64,000 nt of DNA from contig CM060731.1 of NCBI GenBank assembly GCA_030704615.1, forward strand, positions 12,648,001-12,712,000, written 5' to 3'. A model generated the notes under the pieces. The model did not search any database and was not told the DNA's origin. It worked only from the letters and a program-made list of their open reading frames with translations. The DNA comes from Takakia lepidozioides (Eukaryota > Plantae > Bryophyta). Of this stretch, positions 16,839-30,419 are shown one piece after another. The position numbers and the translations under genes were made by a program. Position 1 is the stretch's first letter. The number at the start of each line of letters is the position of its first letter.

Positions 16839-19800
16839 TCACTCCATGTCCTCATCTTTGCCTTCTTCATCCTCTTCAAGATCGTACAGTAAAGCTCGTC
16901 GTTGACCAGTAAAGACACACGCTAGCCCCCGTGATGCTGTAACATAAGGCAGCCATACAAGGTTTGTAATCAATTGTATGGACGTAGAATATAATGCAGG
17001 GGTGTTCATGTTGGTGACTTACAAAATAGAGATAGTGCTCATACATATCTGAACCTTTGCACGCCAATCAAACTGCATGTGGGATCTATGACAACAAGGC
17101 TACAGGATAAAAGTCAAATGTGCAATCTAAGAGTTTTCCTGTATATGCCAACTTTGAGGGGCATGAGAAGCCTACCGCTCACAGCCAATGGAGGCACGGC
17201 ATCAGGCTGTGCAATGGCCCTCACTTTTCCATCCCTCAACCCAATGTCCACCACGGCCCCCTGATACAATGCCAACCACCAGCAATATACCTATGTTAGT
17301 CAAGGAAGTGGTTTTAGCATATCATCTTTCACTGCTGAGGCTCTACCAGGAACCTAATCATAACAAAACACTACTGGTGAACAGTGGCCAGCATGCGGAG
17401 CTGCATATTTAGGGGGGTTCATCCGTTAGTCATAAAACCTGGGCCCAATACAATTCTCAGCAGCCCTGGTGCTTTCCTCACTAGGTGGCAAAAGCAAATC
17501 AGAAACCCTGCTGCCCCAATTCACCCCAGATATCTTATCCATATCCGTCCGTCTGTCTGTGGGGTATGCATGACAGGATGAGTAAACATGTTTTTACCCA
17601 AGTGAACCCTTCTATTTTTCCTCTTAGGTTTTATTTCTCTTACATGCAAAGGAAAAGAGGCGAAAGCTTACAAGAGAGGAGCAAATTTGCAAAAGAGGAA
17701 AACAGTTGAGCACGTTGGCTGCCGGAGACAATGGCAGGAATTCCAGGTCCTCCAGTTGTAACAGCATCAGCCATTTCTGTGGGGGGCTCCCGATTTCCTC
17801 CGCCTCTTTTTCACTCACTAACAACACCAGCTGCCTTTGCTGTAACCATGCAACAGGTGATTTTGAAAGTCTGAGCAATTGATCTGGACAACTAACTTGT
17901 TTGTCACAATTGATCCTGCTTGGAACCCTGCTATGATAGATGACAGCATCAGAACTTGCTTCTGACAGATGGAAGGCTCCGTGTGAGCATGGTAGTAAAC
18001 CGGCCATGGAGGCTTATGACCAGAGTGTTATACTGCACAGAAGTCAAAGGCAAGAGACTGGATGGTGATAAGGCGTCACATCACAGGCAGCAAGCAGAGA
18101 CCCCTTTTTGCTTCTTTAGAGGGGTATTTTTATTGCTGTCAGCATCACGTGCCTTTTGAAGAACGTAAAAGCTCAAACGAAAGACTATACTCAAGTATTC
18201 TCTGTTGGCATAGATGAAACCATATATGGAATTTATCCATTTATAATCTTCCTGAATATTAGACATCACAATCCAGTCTGATCCATAAAACTACCAAATG
18301 CCATAGACAAAAACATGACAATGGTCAACATACAAATATGCTTACTTCAACTTCATACATGAGTACCTGAAACAGTACATACATATGCAGAAAATTGAAG
18401 AGTGAATTACCTTGTAGAGTGCTAGATCGATGCACTGTAATCTTTCATCAATTGGCAAGGCGATCACTTGTGGAACTGTCAATTCAGCTGCCGCAGGTCT
18501 TTGCAGGGAATCCGAAAAGCCCCGCATTAGACCCACCACACTCTGGTTGGTCGGACTCGATTTGTCATCTATACATAGACAGATGTAATCTTCCAGAGGG
18601 CATCCTTCCTTTTTCAGAAAGTCTGACTTTACCTGCAACAAAACTCAAAAACAATGTCTAACTGGGAAGCTAGTATGCTGTGCATGAAATTGCAACTGAA
18701 GCTTTGTAATGCCACTTGGATGCGAGTTCCTCACATTTGACTGACATGCACCAATGGAGAAAAGACCTTTGTGCCAATTTTCTATTGATGCTCACAGGAT
18801 TAAATTCATGTTTTTCATGACACCACAAGCTGGAGACCCTGTGCCCATATGTATATACCCATGCAGAAGACATTCCCAAAATTGTGAAGATTTTTGGGAT
18901 CTGGTGAGCACAATCTGGAGCTGGGAACAAGCTTAAAGCATTGTGATAGCCGTCAAACAACATCCAAATCAGTATGAAAAACTTCAACTCCAAAGGCCAA
19001 GACACCAAAGTCCCAGGAGCCAAGATAGCAATCAAACAAACCCAGGAGACCTCTCAGCAATCAAACCCAAGAGATATAGAGGGGAAAGAACATGAACCTC
19101 AAAGTAGGTGAGAGACAGCGGAATACAGGCAAGTGGTGGCAAGGAAAGGGGAAGGGAGCAAAGCTGCAGCATGCATCGTGCTCTCAGATTTGGTGAAACT
19201 TCTTTGACTGGCATCGCAAATGCCTCCAGACAACTGTCCACATCTCAACACAAGAGCAATTTATTTGGATGGGCGTATTTCAAGGATGTGGTGAAAGAGA
19301 GGAAGAGAGGCAACAGACAGGACCGAGGCACAATTGATAAAAAGGTCCACAGGAGCCCTGAAGGGCCTATGGACCAAAAGCAAGTTTCAAAATAGTGATC
19401 TCTATCCACCCACAAAAACTAGAGGAGAGAGGTGATGCACACATGCTTGCTGTACTACTTTTTGGCCATATATCCCACGTCCAGTTTTGGACACAGAGAA
19501 GGGGGACTCCCACCTGACATGGAGTTGATGGATTTCTTGGGAGAGAGTTCGGCGCAGACACTTGGAGTCAGTAAACCCCCCCACCAAAGCCAACTCCTCC
19601 ATCATCGTTTCCTCCTCCCTGCACTCCATGCCTCCAACTGTGAGCAAATTTAGCAAGAGGTAAAAGCATGATCTTGATAGAGAAGACTCTGAAAATCGAT
19701 CTATTCTCCTTATCAGCAGACACATCCACAAGAAAGTTATAATCCTCCTACTACCTTTATCCTTGCCAGTAGACACCATCACAAGTCTTCGAATAAAACT

Positions 19801-22800
19801 TAAATACTGTTCATACTGTAGCACTGATTGTACAATCCATCAGAATCGTTCTTAGGAATGTAAAGCCGCTATAGCCAGTTTGGCACTTATACTATGTCAT
19901 GACTAGGATTCTCTGCTCATACTGCACATTGGGAGACATAAGTATATACTGATCTGCATGCTGCCTGCCAGCCATGGAAGTACTACACTCACGGATTGAG
20001 GTCTAGAAGAAGGCCGTCTGAGGGGGGAGCAAGATGTGGGCCAATGGGGTCCTTCTCAAATTGTGAGCGCAAAAATGCTGCCACCCCTGCACTGCCCCAC
20101 CAGTATGTCTATTACATGAGACCCCCTGACATCCAGATTGCACTATCCAGCTAGCTGCTCGACTTGATTATTGATCAAAATGAAATTCGGTCTGAAGGAA
20201 GAAAAGTAATGGTCATACTAATATATTGTCAATAGCGCGGATTCAACATCTCTTCAAAACATAGTTGCTAATATCACAGCCCTATGGGTACACATCAGGT
20301 CCCCATTCTCCTGGTTGAAAAACTAATATGTTGGGAGTTTTGTACCCTGGGAACTGAGCTAATGTGCTAGGGAAAATATAAAGGAAAAAGCAGTATACCC
20401 GATCAAGACAACCTACAGAGGAATGGGCCAATCATAATATCAACCTGTTGATGGCTGGAAGCTGATTAGAAGGAGGCAGTGCTTCCCCATTAAGCTGACG
20501 AAGAGACTTTGTAAGCCACACAAAGAAAAGCCGGAACTGCAGACCCCAGAATCCCCTAGATCACTAAGTGCTTGTCACAGATTACTCCCTCTCACCCTAC
20601 CTTCATAATCAAACAGCATAATTCCAATTTCTCTATGATCATTTCAACTTTTCGGTGCCACAAGGCAACTTTGCATGATGACAACTGACCACAGTTACTC
20701 ACAGTTACAGCTCTCTGCTCAGGGGAAAATTTATATTCTATCTTTCTGAATGCTGCTAATGTCATGGAGAAGCCACCAACCCCCTTACGTTAGAATCAGA
20801 TTCAGAACCACTGACTATGCTGCCACAACTTAGACCTTATGTCTCTTTCTGCGCAGTATGCACAAGGAAAGCAAAAAGGAAAACCTGGCGAGTTGTATCA
20901 GAGACAATACGGAGAAGCCGTTCAACTTGCACTAGCAACATGCCAGCGTGCTCCATGGCACACTCCATCAGGGCCTCGTGCAACCCCACTTGGCGCAAAC
21001 GTGCCCGCCACCTTGACAGACCAAGCAACTCCCCAATCCTAAATGCAATTATCTCAGCTGCAGGCTGTAAGCCCATGCCGACCATCCCACACATAGAGCC
21101 CATGGTTGACAGAAGCAATAACATCATGAAACTGCTTTCAGAGAACAGACATACGCATAAAAGGCTCCACTCGTCAAAGAGAAGAGGGATATGATGCATT
21201 AGTCTCCCACCACAACTTAACACCCGTACTAAATTAGAACTCAAAACCTTTCCAATTGTGCAATTATATGACACGGATGATGAGATAACCTTGGAGGTAA
21301 AGTCACTGCGGGAGACTAACTATTCTGGAGTTGTGTATGAGGCTTGGCCCACCAAGATTTATGGAGATGAAAAGAGAGAAAGACATAATAACATCCAGAC
21401 AATGCTTTCCAAAGGCCACATGGCAGATAGACAAAAAAAGAGAGTTGCCTGCAAGTGCTCCGCGATGAGGTTGTGAAGTTCCCTGCCGACACTGTCAATG
21501 CTCTTTGCCAATCGTTTCAACCCCTGCAAACATGACACCAAGATACCTTCTATGGTTTCAGGCTTCTCCACAAGAATTTTCATTTGGTTGTTTTGATTCT
21601 CAAACTGGTGTTGGAGAAGCTGAGCTAACCGAATGCATGCCAGACTTGTGGTCAGCCTGTATCACTTTTAACCACCCCATTTCCTTAATCATCCAGGGGT
21701 GAGTTGTGTGAACATCGTAGTGAAGTATGAGACGTATCTTCTTCAAATGGGCTTAATTTGGCCTACACAGGACAGATAGAATTGAGACATAGGTGGGTGT
21801 TTAAAAAAGAACTCGAACACATGCCAAATCTAAACCTAATAGATGGGCAATATTGTCAGTAAAAATGCTTGAGACAAGGAAACATTACCCCCTCGCCCAT
21901 AGAAACGGCAAGAAACTGGTGAAGCGCTGCACTGGCTGACCCGCAAGACAGAAGACTCAAAAGATCATCGCGTGGCTTCACACTGGAGCCTGGGTGCAGC
22001 AAAATTCCACCCTCCCCTACATTACAACACTCGTACCACTGATGCCTGGTAGATTTCTCTTCTTATTTTGTTTTATATTCTTCCATAGTTCACTCTCTCC
22101 CTCTCCCTTTGTCTGTCTATCTCTCCCTCTGCAAGGAAAAAGCAGGCACCCCCGAACAAACTCTCTAAACCAAACCCCAATAACAACCTTGGCCTAGTGA
22201 AGTAATGCCAACAGATTCAATACAGAGTTCCTTCATTTGCTCTCTTTTCTCTTTCTGTCTCTGTTGTATGTGCACACACTGAATTTCCATAAAAACATAT
22301 TGTCAATTGTCTATGGATTAGTATTAGAAAGGCTGAGTACCATGCTCGAGGAGCAAAGCAGAGAGAAGCCGAAACTTGTCGTGAAAGGAGGAGATAGCAT
22401 CGCTCCACTGCTTGTGCATAACAGTCACTGTTGCTTGGACAACCTCTAGCAGCTCTTCCACACTAGATGCCTGCAAGGCAACTTGCCGAAGTTCCTTTCT
22501 TCTGCCATGCCAAAGTAGTGAGGGACTCTGTTCACATCAAGGTAGATATGTGGACCCTTATTATATATCGCATCTTGCTCTCCCTCCCAACTGATTGATA
22601 GATTGACTGTCCATCAGCCTCAAGCTGTATGCTCTGTAAATTTGCTGGATATTATACTTCATTTCCTTTCCTTTGCTCCCAAGCACACCTTGCCTTGGTC
22701 ATAGACAAATTGGTGGGTCTCCACACGGCTGTCGGGAGGGGCTAATTTGCTTGAACCTTCCAACCATGAATACCTGTGATTCCTATGCTTATTGGGTTTT

Positions 22801-24993
22801 TCTACATAGGTAGCAGGAGGCCCTCCCATAGAAACGAGGTAAGGCAGAGGAAAGCGATGACTCTAGATCCATGATACACTCAATCAATCTTCAAATCCAG
22901 AATTCACCTGTCCCCAAGAAGAGTGGTGTCCACAGAGATTGCATGAAGCCCGGGTACCATATCCCCCACACTGGTTGCGAGGCTCGCCCCAGTCCGCACT
23001 CCACTACAGACAACCGTCATGTGGCGCAAATCATTTGAAAGGGAGACCTGCATGCCCATACTTGTATCATAATCACTGCCAATAATGCGAACCATCCTAG
23101 AGATATTCCTGGAAGACCTTGGAAGCAAAGTTCAATTTCCTTATGATTGATTCATGGCACGAAGTAAGCAGCGCATAGCATGAGTCTCCATAGTTAACCT
23201 TATCTTTCCATCTCCTGAGATTAGGCTAGAATTAGAGTCAATAGTTATCCAGGATGTCTACAAGGGCAAACCAGAGAACAATGATAATACCTGAAGGGCT
23301 GAGGCATCCAGCAGTCGATACACCAGCCTGGTGTGAGACTTATCATCAGATCCCATGCCACCCATCACGAGTTCTCGGATGGCCTGCACAAGTAACACAC
23401 CAAGTACCTCACACATCACTTATGACCGCAGTATGGTAGACAGACCATCCCACCAGCACACTACTCATAATTACCCACAAGAGAGTAGAGACTCACCAGC
23501 TTTCCAATGGGAAATACGCCAAATGCACTCAAGCAAATGATGCCATCCCGATCCCCACTACAGAGTACATAGAGGCGCTGCTGCACAGCATGCAAAATTG
23601 CTTTCCGATTGGCATTGCCTTGGTCTTCAGCTGCTGGCCCCAGCACTCCAGACATGTCAAATGCTGGTGCAGTCCCTGGCATCGGGGGTGTTCCTGGGGG
23701 AGATGGGAAGAATCTTGGAGTTCGATCCTCATAGGAGAAAACATCATCTGCTTGACCCTGTTTTTAACCTAGCTCACGTCAGGATGTTGCTCTGCATCTA
23801 TGACACACTCACTCCATGATGGACACATTGAAACCCAGCAAATAGGATGTGCTACTGCTGTGAACCCTGTACTTTTCAGAAAACAACACGTAGAGTCCTA
23901 AAGCAACATATCAGAGATGATAACCAGAGGTCCACAAGGACAATAAGAAAAATTGGGCCAAGACTTTGCCGCAGAAAAGATGGAATACCGACAAAACATG
24001 TCCCTCTTCAGCCCAGTAGAGGCATTCCACGACTGCCTTATGTGTTGCTATTTGTCGCAGGACATCTCCATTCTGTCAAGCCAACACGTAACCAATATCC
24101 TCAATGAAGTATCACTTTTTAGATGCTGAAGAGAAGACAAAACTAGTAAGGGACCATTTCATTTTATTATATAACACCATGAATAGATTTCTGACCTCCA
24201 CATCATGGATAGCAATGCTCCCATTGTCATGGCCCACTGCCAGAGCCTTTCCATCAGGGCGCCAGCAGATTGAAGTAACTTTCCGGTCTGCACAGCAAAA
24301 TACATACGGAAGCATTGTCCATAAACTACAATTTCCCTGTCCTGTGTCTTTACACTGCAGTTGAGAAAGTGAATTCGAATTCGAATGCAGAAAATGAGCA
24401 AGTGGATAAAAGCCGTAATGAATCACATCACTGCGTACTTGTTGCATCCCCTCAAGTTTCAAATGTCTGGAAACCTTGGGAGGTAGGATTGATGGTTACT
24501 CCTACTTCTACAACCCTAAACCCTTCTCAAACACAGGAGAGGTTAATGTTGTTATAACTATTTCTCTCTCCGTTGATGCTTGTGTGAAGGGCTTTCAAGA
24601 GGATATCTGGAACACCCGAACTAATTGGCTTTATCACGGTAAGTCACACTACTGAGTGCGCCCTTCACACAGGTAGTATCTGCTCCTTTTGTTCCGCCCA
24701 AACTGGGTGCCGGCCATAAAGCTACGGCAAACGTCTTATGAGTACATTCTCTCTCTCTTACTCTCTCTCTCTATGCAATGGGTTCCCCTCGAACTGAGAG
24801 CGGCGTCAATGGCCACAAGGCTATGGCAAACATCGTCTTCCGGGTGTGCATGCGGAGATGCCGGAAAATTTGTTTATACCTGCAGATGAGTTGCGGGGAT
24901 ACGCTTATCCCGCTAAACCCTGGTGGGTCCGAGAGAGTTAGTTTCCCGGGAGATCCATGGCCAAGCAAACGTTCATAGGGAACGGAAAGAGTA

Positions 24994-25060
<67 letters not shown>

Positions 25061-26363
25061 GCACTCTCGGCACTAGACTGAAATTTAAACTCAGGGCAGG
25101 AAGCCTACCTTTGAACAGCAAACAGAAGCAGAGAGGAAAGGGAGAGTGCAATTGCCCGTTGTGTGGGCAATCTGAAGACAGTATTCATTTTCTGATACAC
25201 TGTCCGGGGTTCTCTCACCAAAGAGACGCTCTCTTCAAATCTATTAAGGGAATTGTGCCTGTACCCCTGTTTACCAACTTTGAAAGTCTTGAGGCTGAGC
25301 CAAAAGCCCAGGCCCTCCTGAGGCCTAGATTTTGGGCAAATCACACACAGCAGATTGATGCTTGTGTGAAGGGATTTCTAGAGGATATCTGGAAAACCCG
25401 GATTAATTCTTTATATGGAGGTAAGTCTTACTACCAACGTCAGCCCCTGACAGAGGTAGGTTCTGTCCCTTTTGTTCCCGCTCAAACTGGGCGCGGGGTC
25501 AATGGCCACAAGGCTACGGCAAACAACGTCTTATGAGTACAATCTCTCTCACACACAGAAGCTAATTCTGATGAGTACATTCTCTCAGGGTGTACGGTTT
25601 TAAGGCATAATGACCTGGAGAGATAGCCCAAAGACGTTGCCAATTAAAGCGGTGCACAATGAGTTGGTGGTCTCTGGTCACCATAGCCAGCAGATCTTTC
25701 TCTGGATTCCATGCTGCTTTTTCAACCTTTCCAGCACAATTCAACACGGAAAATCTACGCTTCAACTGCAATTCAAATCCGAGGGCACAAAAGAGCCAGA
25801 TGTGTATTTTACAGCTACAATACCACTGCCTGAAGCGCAAAGCCGGTCTTACCACACCAAATACAGACCAAGTAACTGAACATCACAATTCTTCTTCTGC
25901 AACCCAACAGACTGATCGATATTTCTCTAAATGCACAAAGTTTAGACGCAGTGAGTGTAATGAAAATCGTCATTCCAACACCAAACGCGCTCGCTGGGAA
26001 AATTTCAAAATTCATTCGATCATTTACACCGCCCGTTTGGATCAATATTGCATTCCGCATTCACCCAATGCCAATGTAAATGCATCCAAACCAGACCGAA
26101 GACTCTATAAACGATCGTGGACACAGAAAACGTCTAATGTTCAATCTCTGTCGACAATGCAATCTGTTCTCATTGCACATCGCACAATATCTCAAGGACT
26201 GTAGCTGCCAAGAACACACCCCACATTCCCTCTCTCCTCCAGCTCAGACAGCCCCACGAAAGTATGGTGATGCAGTAAGTACCAAGCATGAAAGCGATTT
26301 GTCCAAATGCAAAGTGAATGGAAGCGTAGCCCCCGCATCGTCCCCTTGTTGCTGCTCTGCCAT
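16839..26363 (-). CDS. APC4: Anaphase-promoting complex subunit 4; multi-exon (~16). First exons 26363-26283, 25726-25615, 24287-24196, 24072-23989; last exon 16936-16839; internal boundaries not all resolved
   Basis: [10 protein letters not shown]|[30 protein letters not shown]|..[38 protein letters not shown], and C-terminal [21 protein letters not shown] match plant APC4. Confidence 0.93.
24572..25550 (+). mobile_element. Cluster of 5'-truncated non-LTR retrotransposon 3' ends in APC4 intron 2 (longest 25061-25550)
   Basis: ORF 25111-25536 has the CxxC..H..C knuckle ([17 protein letters not shown]) typical of a LINE ORF2 C-terminus. The 3' sequence GGCCA..AAGCTACGGCAAAC..GTCTTATGAGTACA recurs near 24710, 24810 and 25500, each next to (CT)n. 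Confidence 0.7.
24995..25060. repeat. (CT)n(CA)n microsatellite
   Basis: Directly visible. Confidence 0.95.
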
Positions 26364-26623
26364 GCCTGCCCTCCTTCACAAGAGCTGCATCACGCTGCCC
26401 CCATTTACCCTGCCCTCCACCACTCTACTCTCAACTCTAAACTCTCACGGAAGCCGTGGGCCATGTGGACATGACCCACATGGGTTTTCTTTTTTCTTTA
26501 AAGCAGGGGATAGAGGCCCTGAAATTGAACTAACTAAGTTAGTGAGACTTGGAAAGAAGGAAGTGCAAAAAATAACCATGTCAACGAACCATACTACATA
26601 CGATTGGTTCGGATCATCAACTA

Positions 26624-27644
26624 CTAGGGTAGCCTGTGCCGTTGGCCCAAGTGTCCAATGTCATCCAAGTCCAAGTGCAATCCCCTATGTATCTAGAGAC
26701 CCTCCTGTTTCGGGGATCTAGGCCTAGGGGTGGCGTGTGCCCAAGTATTGAGTGTCATGTGAGTGCAATCCCGTATGTATCCAAGTGAGTCTCCTATGTG
26801 GACGCCCATGTGTGAAGAATTGAAATCGATATACTAGGATGAAGTTAGATGTTTATTTAGTTACAAAGAATGTGCGGTACATGAAAATGAGCAACAATGT
26901 AATGTGATTCAAGGATTGGAATTTGGTGAAAGTTAGAAGTTTATATTAATACTTCTATATTCATTGTTTTTAGTACATTTTGATCGGGGAGAAGTATGTG
27001 GTCCCAGAGTGCCACATACAATTGACCACGAGAGAATACAGGTGTTCGAAGATCTAGACCTGCATGTTTTACAAATTGTCCCTATGATTTGTTGATTGTC
27101 ATAGCAAGAGTCACCTTCATAGGAAATTGTCTTCGAGTGGTTTTAAAAGGTATCTATGATGTAGTAGGTTGTCATGTGATCATGGGAATGGATGTTGTTT
27201 CTCCAGCACATGTACCAGTTAAAATGCGTGCCTCAATGACGCGATCACTGAGACGTGTGACTATGAGTCGTGAACCATAGATTAATATGATTATTAGCAC
27301 CTACCTCAAGAAGTGTTGAATTTGCACCATGGAATGTTCAAAGGGTTCCTTGGAACATGTGAATTATATGATTGTTGATACTGTCAACAACATCATTTCG
27401 AGTTGATAATATGGTTCAATCTCTAAAGTATTCATCGTTGTATGAATTTATATCTCGAATACCATTGTAGACTTAGTCAATTAGTGAGTGTATATGTCAA
27501 CCATGCACCATTCGTTGTGGAAGAGTAATGTTGTCATGCTCACCAACTTGAATCGTTCCACCTCCAACTTCTAGCAGCCAACTCGCGAACTGCCGATTTT
27601 TCAAAGATTCTTGAGTCAAACACATGTTTTCTGTTAACCTTAAT
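26624..27644 (-). mobile_element. Degenerate Helitron 3' half (PIF1-like helicase C-terminus plus hairpin/CTAG end)
   Basis: Reverse-complement copy of 29124-30310. On the minus strand it ends GGGCCAACGGCACAGGCTACC-CTAG followed by T. Confidence 0.85.
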
Positions 27645-28319
27645 ATACATTTACCGGGCCACAACATTGACCTTCGAAGTATTGTTTATTAAGGAGCATG
27701 TATAGCCTCTGGAACCAAAGCAATGGTAAAATGCTTCATGAGCAATGTTTTCTTCTTCGTAACAATTATACCAAACATAGTTTTGATGAGAGCCAGTACA
27801 AGATAATATGACCATCCTCTATATGTATTTTTCAATGTGTGATCCCTTTACAACTGAACGGGATCAAGTTCACAGCTTTCATTGAGTGATTATAATTTTT
27901 TTGACGAGTTGTTTAAAAAACAAAAAACACTGACTCCGAAGAAGCTACAGTGGCATTTTGAAAATGACAAAGCATTCATGAACGTCATCTACGCAGTTGC
28001 TCCTGAAGAGCAACGCTCATGTGAATTTATCCAGTTTCCAACCAACATTACCAGACATCATAATGCATTGGGAAATATGGATGATTTGTAGGACATGTAA
28101 ATAGAAACTGACTTGAAAGAAATAAAATGTAGAAAACAAATCGCGACTCTTTCAATTTTATCAGTGTAGCGGAATATAGCCAAATACGTCAGAGCTACGT
28201 AACAGGTACGTGACCAAAGCAAGCTATTACCTCATCTTAATCATTATTCCTGCAAAGCCCAGTACTGTTCCTATGATTCAAGACAGCTCGAATGAACTGC
28301 TGTATATTTCAAAGGGTTA

Positions 28320-28449
28320 CAACGCTCCCATTAGTTCTTCTGAGATTATGGAAGCAATTGAGCATTTAATTGGATATAAAGCTAGTGGACCTGATGGCAT
28401 AATCAACAAGCTTATCAAGTACGTTAGCAACATGTTGGCAACCCCATGA
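28320..28449 (+). mobile_element. Short LINE reverse-transcriptase fragment
   Basis: ISSSEIMEAIEHL..YKASGPDGI resembles the KAPGPDG motif that precedes non-LTR RT domains. Confidence 0.55.
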
Positions 28450-29123
28450 TAGAGGGTCCGGTACTTGTCTTATCTGGAGGACTTATTTGTAGTTTACCTG
28501 TGAAGATGGTTTGGTTGTGGAATTGCCGAAGAAGTACCATCTTGAGCATCCCGAACCCCTCCATGTAAGGAACATATGCATGGTGGCTTGCACTCCTCAG
28601 TTGGGAGCATCCACGATAGGATGTACCGCAATAGCTTGCCAGCAAGAATCTTCAACAAGCAAGAAGAGAACTCGTCTCGCACGATCTCCAAGTTGGAGAC
28701 CTTGGCCTCCAGAGAGCCCAATCTCGACTCCACATCCTCTACACTTACACCATTCAGTCCAATTATACACTTTCCACAATCGAAAGGAAGCTAAGAGGCA
28801 AGTGGCACATAACAAACATGCATAATGTAGCTTACATAATTCAACTTCACTAACCCAAAATGTAAACAAGTCACGTGACTCCCTAAGGGCATTAGAGATA
28901 TAACATCTAAAAGCAGCACACACATAATAAAGTCATTTACTTACCATATCCAACAAACTTTTGTAATGCTCCCTGGGCGAGCAGGTCTCTTGCAAACCTT
29001 CGAAATCCGCCTCATCTCCAACATCATGCTTCATCTCACTCACTTCAAGAATCGGAGAGCTGGACATTATTTTCACACAAATTCGAGCATGGGCCTCTAA
29101 ATCTCTCATGAGGTTACTGCTGG

Positions 29124-30310
29124 ATTAAGGTTAACAGAAAACATGCATTTGATTCAAGAACCTTTGGAAAATCGGCAGTTCACGAGCTGGCTGCTACAAG
29201 TTGGAAGTGGAACCAATATTCAAATCGATGAGTATGGCAACATTACTCTTCCACAACGAATGGTGTATGCTCGACATATACAATCATTAATTGACTCATA
29301 AGTCTACAATGGTATTCGAGATATAAATTCATACAACGATGAATACTTCAAAGATCGAACCATATTATCAACTCGAAATGATGTTGTTGACAGTATCAAC
29401 AATGATATAATTCACATGTTCCAAGGAACCCTTGAACATTTCATGGTGCAGTTTCAGCACTTCTTAAGGTAGGTGTTGATAATCATAACCTGTATCCTAC
29501 AGAAAATCTCAATTCCTTAGAGTTGCCAGGATTGCCACCTTCGAAGCTCAATCTTAAAGTTGGATGTCCAATCATGTTGTTGCGTAATATAGCTCCAAAA
29601 CGTGGGCTTTATAAATGGTTCACGACTCATAGTCACATGTCTCAGTGATCGCGTCATTGAGGCACACATTTTAATTGGTACACGTGCTGGAGAAACTACA
29701 TTCATCCCCATAATCACATTACAACCCACTACATCAGAGATACTTTTTTAAGTCACTCAAAGACAATTTCCTGTGAAGGTGGCTCTTGCTATGAAAATCA
29801 ACAAATCACAAGGATAATATGTAAAACATGTAGGTCTAGTAGATCTTCGAACACCTGTATTCTCTCGTGGTCAATTGTACGTGGCACTATCTCGGACCAC
29901 ATCAGCAAATTCGTTGATAGTACTTCTCCCCGATCAAAATGTACCAAAAACAATGAATATTGTATATATAGAAGTATTAATATAAACTTCTAACTCTTTT
30001 ACCAAATTCCAATCTCTGAATCACATTACATTGTTGCTCATTTTCATGTACCACACATTCTTTATAACTAAATAAACATCCAACTTCATTTTAGTATGTC
30101 GATTTCAATTCTTCACACATGGGCGTCGACATAGAAGACTCACTTGGATACATAGGGGAGTGCACTTACATGACGCTGGACACTTGGGCCAACGGCACAG
30201 GCTACCCTAGGCCTAGATCTCCCAAACAGGAGGGTCTCTAGATACATAGGGGATTGCAATTGGACTTGGATGACATTGAACACTTGGGCCAACAGCATAG
30301 GCTACCGTAG
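29124..30310 (+). mobile_element. Degenerate Helitron 3' half (RepHel helicase pseudogene plus doubled 3' terminus)
   Basis: Translates with frameshifts and stops to [48 protein letters not shown]. Two termini, at ~30186-30210 (CTAG) and ~30286-30310. Confidence 0.88.
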
Positions 30311-30419
30311 TATTACACTACAATGTCGATTCAACCTGATCTTCAATTTTGTCGATTCAACCTGAGTTTGATTTTTTTCGATTGATCGCAAGATTTAAGC
30401 AACTCGCTCCATTCGACAA

